A DNA stretch of 54,975 bases from Limisphaerales bacterium (GCA_047618185.1 JBLHKZ010000003.1:1-54975), one strand, 5' to 3'; shown: positions 27,551-37,777, counted from the stretch's first letter. The notes: a model not told the origin generated them from the letters alone. Program-made: numbers and translations.

Positions 27551-30499
27551 TCAAAAATCGTAGCTAAAGGCAATGCCGATCGAGCGGCCCTTCCGGTAGG
27601 ACGACACCGTGCCGACGCCGCTTCCGTCGGGTTGGTCCTGGGTTCGCTCCACCGACGGATCGAGGAGGTTCTTGGCTGAGAGCTTCACGGTCCACTTTTC
27701 GGTGAGCCTCTGGGACAGTCGAAAATCCAACGACGCAAACGAGGCTTCGAAAACGCTCGGCGCGATGCGGGAGGTCTTTTCGAGGCGCTCACCGTAGATG
27801 TTGAAGAAGACACTCGCGGTCGTGCCCAGATCCGGGTGGCGATAGGTAAGATCGAGATTGATGATGTACGGCGACTGTCCCTGCAGCGGACGCGTGTTGA
27901 TGCCACGCGCGTGCTTGTCGAACTCGAACCTCGTCGTGTCCACCTCCGAGCGAATGTAGGAGAAATTCGCGCCAAAGTTGAAGTTGCTGAGCGACGAATC
28001 GATGAAATCCAAATCCTTGCGCAACTCCGCCTCGAAACCGAACACCGTGGCTTTCTCACGATTGTTGTAGGTCACTTCGTGATTCGCCGAAATCTCCTCC
28101 TTCTCAATCGGCATCTTCAATGTCTTGTAGAAAAAGCCCCCGGCCAACACCTCGCCCGGACGGGGAAACCACTCCCAGCGAATGTCGTAATTCTGAATCG
28201 AAGTCTGCTCGAGCGCCGAGTTGCCCTGCAGAATATCGCCGCCAATAAAGTCAAAGGTTGGAACCGGGGAAATTTCGCGAAAGGTTGGCCGCGCCAGCGT
28301 CTGTCCGTAGGCGACGCGGAGATTCACGTTGGTCCGCATCGCATACACGAAACTCGCGCCCGGCAGGATATCCAGATTGCTCTTCGAGGTGGACCCCTGG
28401 GCGCCCGGGGAGGAAACCGCGGCGCCGTTGGCGTCCAACGACAGGGTTGACGCCTCGGCCCGAACGCCGCCGATGAAGTTCAGCCTCTCGGTCAACGCGA
28501 GGTCGAACATGCCATATCCCGCATCCACGGTCAGCTCGCCCGTGTAGTTGTTGAACGGCTCTTCGAAGGCGTAGACGTTGTAGCGAAACCCGCCGAATCG
28601 ATTGGGAGGCGGCTGCGGCTCAAATGCCGAATCGATGATGAACAGATCCGGGTCGCCAAGATGCGCAAAATCGTTGTTGGACCCGTAGGTGAAGCGACGC
28701 TCTTTGTAGTCCCGCTTCGACAACGATCGGTTCACCCCGAATTTCAACTCGCTGTCGAGTCCGTTCCACTGCTCGAACGGAATGCTTTGATCGATTTTCA
28801 GATTCAGATTGTTCTCGTTTAGCTCGCGAAAGAATCGTGTCGGCGCGGTGTAGGACGACAGATCGATGCTGGCGGCGCCGGTGACCGGGTTGCGGTCCAG
28901 GGCGAAGAAACGCCGGTCCGGCTCGTTCTGGCTCGTCGTCGCGTAGGAAACGCTCCAATCCGTCTGGGCCTCATATTTCCATGGCAGCTCATGTTTGCCC
29001 GCCAGTTGAAAGGACTGAATCTCCCGCTCGATGAAAGCCAGCGCGTAATTCTCGAACACCCGGCCCGCGACATTGTCGAGTGAGCCGAGTTGGGTGACGG
29101 CGGTGTCTTCGCTGTTCCGATTATAGAGAAAATTAAAGGTGATCTCGTGCCGATCGTAGAACTTCAGTCCGAGATTGACCAACGAACCCCAAGACACTTC
29201 CTCCGTCGATTTTGCCTCAACCACATCGAGATCCGCCTGCAGCGTTCCGGCGTTGTTCCTGAATTGCCGCCGGAAGCCGTCGTCGTAATTTTTGAAATCG
29301 CGGTCATACGAAACGCCCGCGAGATAACCGAAAGTGACGTTCTCCGTGAGATTCGTGCTGTCCCCGATGGAGACGCTGAAATTGTGGTTTGCCGGCGCCC
29401 TTCGTCGATCGGGCGTCAGCTTCGGAAAAAAGGCCTGACCCAGCGCGGCCAACTCCTCGCCCGCCGCCATCGCCGCCGCGCCCCGACCCGTCGCCTGATC
29501 CAGAAGCGGCCGCTCTCCCGTGTTCGGATTCGGGAGAATAACGTAATTCGGGCCCGCCCACTCATCTGGAATCGACCGTGTCCCATCGTCGAAACCCGCC
29601 CAGTCCCATTTGCCGTCGCCCGGCGTCGTGAGAAAGTCGTCCGTGCCCGTCGTCTGCGTGTTGTAGGACAGGCCGACGCTCGCATTGGAAAAGAACTCCT
29701 CGGGAAAACTCTTCGTCTTGATGTTCACCGAGCCGCCGCTGAAACTGCCCGGCTGATCCGGAGTAAAGGTCTTGCTGATCACGATCGAATCAATCGCCGA
29801 AGCCGGGAAAATATCCATCTGCACCGACTTGCGATCCGGGTCGGGGCTCGGCACGCCGCTGCCGTTTAGCATCGTGTTGCTGTAACGATCGCCCAATCCG
29901 CGAATGACCACATACTTGCCGCCAACCACCGAAGCGCCGGTGACTTTCGACATCGCCTCCGCCGCATTCGCCGCGCCCGCCCGTGAGATGAACTCCGAGC
30001 CGATCGCGTCAGTCACCGCGGACGCGTCCTGACGATCGGCAAGCAGCGCCGTGATCTGGTTTTCGGCGGGTGGATCGGAAATGACCTCGAATGGCTCAAG
30101 CTCCTGAACCACCGGCGACAGCGCGGCGTCCGCCTTCGTCACTTGTCCGACCGCCACGCGGATATCAACAATCGTCATGCGCTCAAACCCCGGCTTTGAA
30201 ACAAAGATCGCGTGAACGCCCGCGGGAATATTCTGAATCTGAAAACTTCCCTGGGCATCGCTTGTCCCGCCCAGCGTCGTTCCCCGCACGCTGACGACCG
30301 CGCCGGGAATCGACCCGCCACGCCCGAACGAATTCGACACCCGGCCCGCGATCGCGCCGCCCTCCGACGACTGCGCCAACGCCGCGCCGGGCAGGAGCGC
30401 CGCCAGGACGAGGGTCAACCAGCGCCGTAATAACGACAAAGGCGACCGGCAACGGGCATGGCTCGCCCGATCGGAATGACATTCCCGCTGTGGTGACAT
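27551..30499 (-). CDS. TonB-dependent receptor with N-terminal carboxypeptidase-regulatory-like domain
   Basis: Plug motifs VVIRGLGDRYS, MDIFPAS and FSGGSVNIKTK; barrel motifs ARPTFREI and NLLD; C-terminal aromatic residue (FSYDF). Confidence 0.95.
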   Translation of the reverse strand: MSPQRECHSDRASHARCRSPLSLLRRWLTLVLAALLPGAALAQSSEGGAIAGRVSNSFGRGGSIPGAVVSVRGTTLGGTSDAQGSFQIQNIPAGVHAIFVSKPGFERMTIVDIRVAVGQVTKADAALSPVVQELEPFEVISDPPAENQITALLADRQDASAVTDAIGSEFISRAGAANAAEAMSKVTGASVVGGKYVVIRGLGDRYSNTMLNGSGVPSPDPDRKSVQMDIFPASAIDSIVISKTFTPDQPGSFSGGSVNIKTKSFPEEFFSNASVGLSYNTQTTGTDDFLTTPGDGKWDWAGFDDGTRSIPDEWAGPNYVILPNPNTGERPLLDQATGRGAAAMAAGEELAALGQAFFPKLTPDRRRAPANHNFSVSIGDSTNLTENVTFGYLAGVSYDRDFKNYDDGFRRQFRNNAGTLQADLDVVEAKSTEEVSWGSLVNLGLKFYDRHEITFNFLYNRNSEDTAVTQLGSLDNVAGRVFENYALAFIEREIQSFQLAGKHELPWKYEAQTDWSVSYATTSQNEPDRRFFALDRNPVTGAASIDLSSYTAPTRFFRELNENNLNLKIDQSIPFEQWNGLDSELKFGVNRSLSKRDYKERRFTYGSNNDFAHLGDPDLFIIDSAFEPQPPPNRFGGFRYNVYAFEEPFNNYTGELTVDAGYGMFDLALTERLNFIGGVRAEASTLSLDANGAAVSSPGAQGSTSKSNLDILPGASFVYAMRTNVNLRVAYGQTLARPTFREISPVPTFDFIGGDILQGNSALEQTSIQNYDIRWEWFPRPGEVLAGGFFYKTLKMPIEKEEISANHEVTYNNREKATVFGFEAELRKDLDFIDSSLSNFNFGANFSYIRSEVDTTRFEFDKHARGINTRPLQGQSPYIINLDLTYRHPDLGTTASVFFNIYGERLEKTSRIAPSVFEASFASLDFRLSQRLTEKWTVKLSAKNLLDPSVERTQDQPDGSGVGTVSSYRKGRSIGIAFSYDF

Positions 30500-30539
30500 G
30501 AATCTGAAAATGCGCGCGGAGTGGCGGTTCGAATGCGAA

Positions 30540-32135
30540 TCAGGACCGCTTTCGCGCCGCCCGTTGAACCGCCTCCAAATAGCGTTGGATGTTGTCGCGA
30601 TACCGGACTTTCTGAGCCTGTGTCAGCAAATCGACAGCTCTGTCGTATTTCCGCGCGCGCACCTGCAATTGCGCGCGTTTGACCAGTCCGGCCGCTTCAA
30701 ATCCCTCAATCTGCGAAGCCAGATCGTAACGATGATCCGCCCTGGCCACCCGGACGGCCGCCTGCTCGTCGGTTTCCTCCTCCGGCGGCGCCGCGTAGTA
30801 ATCGCCGACCATCAACAGCGCCTCGGCATCCAACGGATTCTTTCCAATGATCTTCTCCAGAACTTCGATCGCCCGATCGCCCTCGCCGCTGGCCAACGCG
30901 GCTTTGGACTCCAGCTTCAGCAGTGTCATCTCCTCGGCCTCCTTGAGTTTCTCGCCGTGAAGGTCGCGGATCCTGCCGAAGATCGCGCGCGCCTCGTCCC
31001 AGGCCCCGCTGGCCGCCAGAATGCCCGCCGCGCGCAGCGAGCGGCGCACATCGTTCACACCGTCCTTTTCGATCGCCTCCAGGTAAACCGACAACGCCAG
31101 CATTGGAGATTCCTGGCTCATGTAGATGTCGCCGAGCAGCATAAGATTCGCGAGGCTGGCCTTTCCGAGCTTGCGGAGAATCTCGTAGTTGATGGCCGCT
31201 CGCTTCGGTTTTTCCATCTGCATGAAAAGACTCGCCTGAATGTCCCAAAGCCTCGCGTCGGTCGGATCGGCCTTGATCAGCGTTTCGAGAAAGGAGTCCG
31301 CGGAGCTCAGTTTGCCCTGCTCGATCTGGCAGGTGAGCAATCCCATTCTCCAATCGCGCTGACCCGGCATCAACATCATTGCGTTGCGATAGGCGCCCTC
31401 CGCTCCGATGTAGTTCTCGTGCTTCAAATGGCACACGCCAAGGATGCCGTAGACGTGGCCATCACCGCCGCCGAGCTCGATGGTCCGGGTCAATTCCGGA
31501 ATCGCCTCCTCAAACCGCTCCATGCCCACAAGCGAAATGCCGAGGTTCTTGTGCGCGCGAAGGAAATTGGGAAACTTGTCGATCGCGCTTCGATACGCGG
31601 GAACCGCCTTCTCGTGTTCGCTCTTTTGAAAATACAGGTTGCCCAGATAGTAATCGAAAATGGCGTTGTCGTTGGTCGTGACGTTCTCAGTGAGCAGCTT
31701 GATGGCGGCGTCCGTGTCGCGGGTCATCAGCGGAAACAACATTTCATTGTGGAACGACAGTTCATTGGTTCCGCCAATGAAGTTGGTGTTGGAGGCCGTT
31801 GGTTTTGGAGGCTCGATGTCCGTGCGATATCCGAAACTGCCGGCAAAGCTTTTCACAAAGTTGCGATCGGACCAGAATGCGGCCAGGGGGTTGTCCGAGG
31901 AAGGAGGATTGGAGAGTTTGAGGTTCCGCGGGATCGCTGCGCGACCCGTGGGAAGTCGAATCGGCGCCGGCTCGACCACGACGGCGGCGGCGGCAGCCTC
32001 AGTCGCCGAATCCGCTCCGCGCTCCTTGAGTTTGAAAAGTTGAGCCGCGCCTGTCGTCGGCATGGCGAGCGCCAACGCCAGCCAGCCATACCATGCCAAG
32101 GCGCGAATTCGAGAGACGTGAAATAGAGGCTTCAT
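30540..32135 (-). CDS. Periplasmic tetratricopeptide-repeat protein (TtpD-like)
   Basis: Signal peptide and multiple TPRs (YYLGNLYF...AHKNLG). Follows tonB in the operon. Confidence 0.85.
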   Translation of the reverse strand: MKPLFHVSRIRALAWYGWLALALAMPTTGAAQLFKLKERGADSATEAAAAAVVVEPAPIRLPTGRAAIPRNLKLSNPPSSDNPLAAFWSDRNFVKSFAGSFGYRTDIEPPKPTASNTNFIGGTNELSFHNEMLFPLMTRDTDAAIKLLTENVTTNDNAIFDYYLGNLYFQKSEHEKAVPAYRSAIDKFPNFLRAHKNLGISLVGMERFEEAIPELTRTIELGGGDGHVYGILGVCHLKHENYIGAEGAYRNAMMLMPGQRDWRMGLLTCQIEQGKLSSADSFLETLIKADPTDARLWDIQASLFMQMEKPKRAAINYEILRKLGKASLANLMLLGDIYMSQESPMLALSVYLEAIEKDGVNDVRRSLRAAGILAASGAWDEARAIFGRIRDLHGEKLKEAEEMTLLKLESKAALASGEGDRAIEVLEKIIGKNPLDAEALLMVGDYYAAPPEEETDEQAAVRVARADHRYDLASQIEGFEAAGLVKRAQLQVRARKYDRAVDLLTQAQKVRYRDNIQRYLEAVQRAARKRS

Positions 32136-32149
32136 GGGGTAAGTCAGAG

Positions 32150-32815
32150 TCAGGAATTGACGTTGAATTGGATTTGCTGCCGAACGTAGACACTGACAGC
32201 CCCGCCTTCGCGTTGACCGGGTTTAAACTTCCACCGACGCACGGCATCCAGGGCGGGCTTCTCAAACTCAGGCCGACTAGAATTCTCCACCCGCGCTTCC
32301 TCGACCCGGCCCTGGTCGTTCACGACGAACAACAGGACGACCGAACCCGAAACCTTCTGTTTGAGCAGGCTTGGGGGATGTTTGGGCCGGACCGGACCGA
32401 CGAGCATGGGTTTGCTGTCCAAATCGGAAAGTTCGAAAACCTCCGCCTGATCCATCTGGGCGGCCGCGCCCACAAAACTCGCGAGACGATCATTCAAGGC
32501 GCCTCCAGTTCCCATGCCAATGTCGAGACTCGGAATCTCAAACGACATGTCGTTCGCCGCGAGGTCGAGTTCCGGCACGGGTTCCGGCTCCGGCTCCGGC
32601 TCGGGTTCGGGCTCTTCCTCCTCGACCACCGGAGGCGGGGGCGGGGGCTCAAGGGTCGCCGTCTCAAGGCCTGTCAGGACCTTGTCGACGCGACCGGCCG
32701 ACAGCATCTGGGTGAGCGGCAGCACGAGAAACACCGAGGCCGTCAGGAGGATCGCGCCGAACACCGCGCGCATCCAGCCGCCGCCAATCTCGGGTGGGGT
32801 AAATACTTTTCTCAT
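32150..32815 (-). CDS. tonB: Energy transducer TonB
   Basis: N-terminal TM, a Pro/Glu linker (EPEPEP) and TonB_C (FEKPALDAVRRWKFKPG). Confidence 0.93.
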   Translation of the reverse strand: MRKVFTPPEIGGGWMRAVFGAILLTASVFLVLPLTQMLSAGRVDKVLTGLETATLEPPPPPPVVEEEEPEPEPEPEPEPVPELDLAANDMSFEIPSLDIGMGTGGALNDRLASFVGAAAQMDQAEVFELSDLDSKPMLVGPVRPKHPPSLLKQKVSGSVVLLFVVNDQGRVEEARVENSSRPEFEKPALDAVRRWKFKPGQREGGAVSVYVRQQIQFNVNS

Positions 32816-32838
32816 CGATGCATTCCTCCAGCGCGCGC

Positions 32839-33246
32839 TCAGCCGTCCTTGTCCGTTGCCAGACTCACGTTTTCGGCGCCGCCCATGCGGGCCTCGTCCA
32901 CGACCGACATCACCACCCCGGCGTGGGCGCCTTTAAGCGCCTTGACGATCACCGGCGATTCCTCGCGCACCGCCTTGTCGCGCACCAGAGCCCGCACGCC
33001 CGCGACCCCGACTTCCTTGCCGTCAAGGATCACCTGCCCCCTGGCGTCCACTTCGAAAATCAGACTTTCGCTCTCCGACATGGAGACGCTGGCGCTCTGC
33101 GGCCGATCCACCCCCACGCCGCTTTCCTCAACGAAAACCGTGGTGACGATGAAAAAGATCAGGAGGATAAAAACCATGTCGATCAACGGGGAAATGTTGA
33201 TCTCCTCGATCTCATCGGAATCCTGAATGGAACGTCGGCCTCTCAT
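32839..33246 (-). CDS. exbD: Biopolymer transporter ExbD (copy 2)
   Basis: EINISPLIDMVFILLIFFIVTT with the conserved TM Asp. Confidence 0.93.
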   Translation of the reverse strand: MRGRRSIQDSDEIEEINISPLIDMVFILLIFFIVTTVFVEESGVGVDRPQSASVSMSESESLIFEVDARGQVILDGKEVGVAGVRALVRDKAVREESPVIVKALKGAHAGVVMSVVDEARMGGAENVSLATDKDG

Positions 33247-33252
33247 CGGTCG

Positions 33253-33657
33253 TCAGCCCTTGTCCGTGGCGATGTCGATCCGCAGCGCGCCGCCCAGTTG
33301 CGCGGCGTCCAGCGCCTTCGCGACCGTCTCCGCCAACGCAGCGGCGTCGACCTGGAGAATGACCGGCATGGGATCCTGTCGGGTAAGTCTCTTCACCAGG
33401 GGACGGATCCCGCCGACGCCAATATTGGAGCCGCCGTAGATGACCTGATCGTCGCCGGTGATCGCGATGAGAATGCTGTTCTTGTCGAGCTGCTCGCCGG
33501 ACGCCGCCCGCGGGCGGCTCACATCGACGCCCGGCTCCTCGACAAACACCGTGGTGACGATGAAGAAGATCAGGAGGATAAACACCATATCGATCAGCGG
33601 GGAGATGTTGATCTCCTCCAGCTTGTCGGATTCGGTGATGGATCGACGGCTTTTCAT
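33253..33657 (-). CDS. exbD: Biopolymer transporter ExbD (copy 1)
   Basis: EINISPLIDMVFILLIFFIVTT. Confidence 0.93.
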   Translation of the reverse strand: MKSRRSITESDKLEEINISPLIDMVFILLIFFIVTTVFVEEPGVDVSRPRAASGEQLDKNSILIAITGDDQVIYGGSNIGVGGIRPLVKRLTRQDPMPVILQVDAAALAETVAKALDAAQLGGALRIDIATDKG

Positions 33658-33669
33658 GGACGGCGGGCG

Positions 33670-34368
33670 TCAGGCGGGAACGGGCGCTCCGAGGTAGTCG
33701 TCCTCGTTGACGGCCTCAAACACCGGCTCGGCGTTGGAGGAACTCATGGACTCGGGAGAAACCGGCGGTCGACCGCCATTTCCGCCGTCAAAGGTCAACA
33801 GCGTAAAACTTTCGAGCTTGGCGAGAAAGGCCTCGTACTCGTCGCGTCGAGCCTTGACGAGAGAGGCAAGCGCGTAGCCGGGAAGCGCGACCAGCAGCCC
33901 CATTTCCGTGGTGATCAGCGCCTCGGAGATGCCCGAGGCGATCAGATCGGCGGTTTTGGCTCCGCCGATGGAAATGCCGTCGAACGTGGCGATCATGCCC
34001 AACACCGTGCCGAGCAGGCCGAGCAACGGCGCGGCGGCGACCATGACGTTCATAAACACCAGACGGCGGTCAATTTCAGGAAGCTTGGCGGAGACGACCT
34101 CGGAAAAGCGGTCCTGCACCTCATCCCTCGTGCGGGCGTCGTCCTGGGTGTAGCGAATGATCTCTCCGACCTCGCCGCGACCCGAGTCGGGTTCCAACAC
34201 CCACTGCTCCCAATCCTTCTGCGGCGTCCGCTTGAACTCGCGTTTGGAAAAATAGACCAGCAATTGCAGCGCGGTCCCATAAATGAAAAAGGCCATGACG
34301 AGCAACGGGATCATCAGCCAGCCACCGGCCAGCCACAAATGAGTCAATTTCGCGATTTCGTCGATCAT
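33670..34368 (-). CDS. exbB: MotA/TolQ/ExbB proton-channel protein
   Basis: APLLGLLGTVLGMI and GISEALITTEMGL. Start placed at ATG 34368 (MIDEIAK). Confidence 0.9.
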   Translation of the reverse strand: MIDEIAKLTHLWLAGGWLMIPLLVMAFFIYGTALQLLVYFSKREFKRTPQKDWEQWVLEPDSGRGEVGEIIRYTQDDARTRDEVQDRFSEVVSAKLPEIDRRLVFMNVMVAAAPLLGLLGTVLGMIATFDGISIGGAKTADLIASGISEALITTEMGLLVALPGYALASLVKARRDEYEAFLAKLESFTLLTFDGGNGGRPPVSPESMSSSNAEPVFEAVNEDDYLGAPVPA

Positions 34369-34417
34369 GTCGTTTCCTGTTTGGTTGTGGTTTCGGAGAA
34401 AGGCTCCCGGGTTCGGG

Positions 34418-35932
34418 TCAGGCGGCCACGGGCGCCGCGTTCGTGAGCTCCTCGGTTTCTTCAACGGTCTCAGATTTTTCGGGGACAGGGCTCGGCGCCG
34501 GCTTGCCGCCTTCGGCCCTCGGCGGTTCGCCGCCGTCATCGCCGCCTTCGTCAGGAACGCCATTGATGAAGGCGACGGAAGCCTGCTCCATGCTGCCCAG
34601 CACGCCCTTGGCCTTCCGCGAGATGAAGGCATGAATCAGCAACGCCGGGATGGCGACAATCAGGCCAAACTCCGTGGTGACCAACGCCTCGGAAATGCCG
34701 GATGACAGCATCTTCGGATCCCCCGTGCCGAACACGCTGATCAGACGGAAAGTGTTGATCATGCCGGTGACCGTGCCGAGCAGACCAAGCAGCGGCGCGG
34801 TGGCGGCGGCCAACGCCACGAAGGGCATCCACCGCTCAAGTTGAGGCTTGGCAATGAGCATCTTCTCGTAAAGCGCCTCCTCAATGTACTCCTTCTTTTC
34901 GCCGGCGTGCTGGACCGCCGCCTGCATGAGTTCACCGACCGGACCCTTGATCGTCTGTGCGTGGGCCATGGCGCCCTCCTCGTTGCCGGCCTTCACCCGA
35001 TCGAGAATGATCTGCAGGTCGCGCGGCTTCGCCAGGCGGACGCCCGCGATTTGAATCCACTTCATCAGGCCGATGACGACGGCGAGAATGCCCATGACGA
35101 GAATGGGAACCACCACCGGACCGCCCTTGGAAACGTGCTCCACAAAACTTTCCTTCGTTGCCGCGATCTTGTCGGCGTTGCCCCCGGAAGGATCGAATGG
35201 AACCGCGCCGGCGCCGCCGCTGACGAGCGCCTTGAGTTCGGCCTGAAAAGCTTCTGCCGCGGGAATGACCGACGGCTCTGTTGTGTTCAACTGCAGCCGG
35301 GTCAACCCGATCGCTCCGCTCTCGCTGGAGGCGAAGGCGGCCAACGGTCCGACCAGCGCGTAGGTTCCGTTCTCCAGCTTGCCGGACTCGGTGAGCGCCT
35401 TGCCCTCGAACGACTCGCCGCCCAGCACGGCGTCGATGCGATCCAGCGCCGTGTCCAGCATGCCGAGGCGTTTTTCAAGACGCTCGAACACGCCCCGATC
35501 CGCGTTGCCCGAGTCGGCGCGCGCGGCGGCGATGCCATCCTTGTAACGCGCGACCTCCGCGATATGCGTCCGTGATTCGAAGGCGTTCAGGTATTCGTTC
35601 AAGGCGCCGCTTACGAAGGAGATTTCAGCGCCGCGAGCCTTCACTTCGGATTTCAGCACATTCAAATCCACGATCTTGTTTTCCAGATCGCGGGTGGTCT
35701 TCTCGACCTCCCGACGCCGGGCGAGCGTCGCTTCCTCCGCCTTGGCCCATTTCTCCGCCAATGGGATTTTCTCCTCCGAAATGCGCATTTGCGCCGCCGC
35801 CAGATCCGACAGCGCCGCGTTCAGATCCTTTTTAGCGGAACCTGAAACGGCCGAGAAATCCTGCGCCGTCGCCGTGGCGGCGAATCCAACCAGTAGAAGC
35901 CCGGAAATGAATTTGAAAAATCGGTGTAGCAT
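34418..35932 (-). CDS. TtpC-like large ExbB homolog (periplasmic coiled-coil N-terminus plus ExbB domain)
   Basis: Signal peptide, coiled coil, PFDPSGG, then APLLGLLGTVTGMI..GDPKMLSSGISEALVTT. Confidence 0.85.
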   Translation of the reverse strand: MLHRFFKFISGLLLVGFAATATAQDFSAVSGSAKKDLNAALSDLAAAQMRISEEKIPLAEKWAKAEEATLARRREVEKTTRDLENKIVDLNVLKSEVKARGAEISFVSGALNEYLNAFESRTHIAEVARYKDGIAAARADSGNADRGVFERLEKRLGMLDTALDRIDAVLGGESFEGKALTESGKLENGTYALVGPLAAFASSESGAIGLTRLQLNTTEPSVIPAAEAFQAELKALVSGGAGAVPFDPSGGNADKIAATKESFVEHVSKGGPVVVPILVMGILAVVIGLMKWIQIAGVRLAKPRDLQIILDRVKAGNEEGAMAHAQTIKGPVGELMQAAVQHAGEKKEYIEEALYEKMLIAKPQLERWMPFVALAAATAPLLGLLGTVTGMINTFRLISVFGTGDPKMLSSGISEALVTTEFGLIVAIPALLIHAFISRKAKGVLGSMEQASVAFINGVPDEGGDDGGEPPRAEGGKPAPSPVPEKSETVEETEELTNAAPVAA

Positions 35933-35947
35933 TCGCGTGGGGGAAAA

Positions 35948-36727
35948 TCAGTTCACCTTGATCGGGAGTCCGACGTAGGCGGCGGGTTGCGCGCTGTCAT
36001 AGATGGCCAGAGTCTTGGCGACGAGCGGCGCCAGTTCCTTGTTCTCGGCCCACTCCCAGCCGGTCGCCGTGGCGGTTCCCGTTCCGGCGTAATTGCCGTT
36101 CTTGTCGGTGTAGAAAGCCTGACCCAGTCCGAGATAGAGCGTGCGAACCTGGATTTCGCCGCCTTCGGAGATTTGCCGCACCTCGGGTTCAACACGGACC
36201 GAGCCGTTGAATTCGTCGACCGCCTTGAGCATGCCGATCAAAACCTGGACACGCTTGCCCTCGGTCATTTTGGTGCTCGCCGGATCCACGGGCATCATCG
36301 CAAACAGCGGCGTGATCTTGTCGATCACCGGCGGCGGCAAACGCTTGTGAAGCTTTTGGAACTTGGCTTCAAACCTCGTGAGCAGCGCGCCGATTTTATC
36401 GAGCGCCGATTTCAATTCCTCGTTTTCGACCGTCTGCTCCTCGATCTCTTTCTTGATCTGTTGGTTGCCCTTGTTCTGGCCTGCGCCCGATTCGATGGCC
36501 TTGAGCTGGTCGTCCAGGCGTTTGAGCTCTCCCTCGAACAGTCCGATGGCCGCCCCGAGCGTTTCACGGTCGGAGAGCCAGTCAGCCTCGACGCGGCCCA
36601 AAGTCATTCGCGCCTCGACCCATTGCTGAAGCGTTGCGCGCGTATCTCCAATTTCATCCTGGGCGTGGGAGCCCTGTGATAAACTGGCGGACATGAATCC
36701 AACCGACACCCAGATTCGAAATTTCAT
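35948..36727 (-). CDS. DUF3450-family (TtpB-like) periplasmic coiled-coil protein
   Basis: Signal peptide, coiled coil and LYLGLGQAFY...WEW. First gene of a TtpC-ExbB-ExbD-TonB operon. Confidence 0.8.
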   Translation of the reverse strand: MKFRIWVSVGFMSASLSQGSHAQDEIGDTRATLQQWVEARMTLGRVEADWLSDRETLGAAIGLFEGELKRLDDQLKAIESGAGQNKGNQQIKKEIEEQTVENEELKSALDKIGALLTRFEAKFQKLHKRLPPPVIDKITPLFAMMPVDPASTKMTEGKRVQVLIGMLKAVDEFNGSVRVEPEVRQISEGGEIQVRTLYLGLGQAFYTDKNGNYAGTGTATATGWEWAENKELAPLVAKTLAIYDSAQPAAYVGLPIKVN

Positions 36728-36745
36728 GTCGCCACTCTCCGGCCG

Positions 36746-36789
36746 ATCAATTACGACAGCGTGACGAGGAAGTTACGATTCCGTGACAG
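36746..36789 (-). promoter_or_regulatory. Four-unit Pho-box-like direct repeat array oriented toward the TonB operon
   Basis: Minus strand: CTGTCACGGAA TCGTAACTTCC TCGTCACGCTG TCGTAATTGAT. The 11-bp period with a GT(C/A)A(C/T) core resembles the PhoB consensus CTGTCAT-N4. Confidence 0.75.
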
Positions 36790-36848
36790 GCATGGCTGAT
36801 CCAATGAAATAGTTGGAAGAAGGAGGCCGCTTGATTCTCTTAGCTCAC

Positions 36849-37653
36849 ATGGCTGTTTCAGTGATGCTGTTCATTCTGGTTCTCGGCCTGGCATTCTGGA
36901 ATGGCGCCAATGATGTCTCCAAAGGCATCGCCACCCTCGCGGGCAGCGGCGGCGACGTTCGCGCGAATGCCGGTGTCCACCACGCACGCAATCACCGGAT
37001 CGCTGGTGGGCGCGGGGATCGTCGTTGCGGGGGTCGGCGGGTTGGCATGGCAAAGATTGATTGAGAAGTTTCTGATCCCGTTGGCGGTGAGCCCGATTCT
37101 GGCTCTCGCGTTCACCTTCGCGCTGTATCCGTTGTTCCAACGACTCATGGCAAAGCTGGCTCAGCATTGCCTGTGCCTGTCCAGCTCCACCGGAGGCATC
37201 GTTCCCCTGGAAAACAACGCCGTCGCAATGACAACCAACGGCGCATGCGTTATCTCCGAGTCCTCCGAGTCCTGCGGCGCCAACCCCGAAATCACTCGCC
37301 GGCTAAACCTGCCCTCGAACGCCGCGCTTCTCGCAGTGGCGGTCGCGATGGGACTTGGAAGCGCGCTCGCCGGCTTCAAAGTCACCGAGACCCTCGCCAC
37401 CAAAGTCACGTCCATGTCTCCGGCCGAAGGCTGCTCGGCCAACCTCGTCACAGCCGCTCTGGTGATCGTCGCCTCCCGCCTCGGAGCGCCAGTTTCCACG
37501 ACTCACGTGAGTTCCTGCTCGATCATTGGCATGGGCCTCAAACGCGATGCCCGGTCCATCCAATGGAAAACTGTACGTGAAATGCTCTTCGCCTGGATCG
37601 TCACGCTGCCTGTTGCCGGTCTGATCGCCGCCGCAGTGGCATGGCTGCTTTGA
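36849..37653 (+). pseudogene. Inorganic phosphate transporter (PiT/PHO4 family), frameshifted with internal deletions
   Basis: One frame gives FWNGANDVSKGIATLAGSG. It then shifts frame to MPVSTTHAITGSLVGAG...PVSTTHVSSCSIIG...AWIVTLP. The intervening TMs and the second GxND motif are missing. Confidence 0.8.
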
Positions 37654-37687
37654 GGAAATCCGCAATTTCAGCTGAACTCTCTCGCCT

Positions 37688-37709
37688 TTGTCACACAACT
37701 GTAACATTG
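37688..37709 (+). promoter_or_regulatory. Pho box upstream of the phosphate porin
   Basis: TTGTCACACAA CTGTAACATTG, a near-consensus two-unit box. Confidence 0.8.
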
Positions 37710-37777
37710 GCGCCATCTTCTCGTTGCTCCGGCAATTCACCTTATCACCAAGCAAATCGAAACGAGAAACCGAACCG

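Noticed and set aside
32575-32650. Short tandem repeats (TCCGGC)n
   Set aside because: They encode the ordinary EP/PP linker of TonB.
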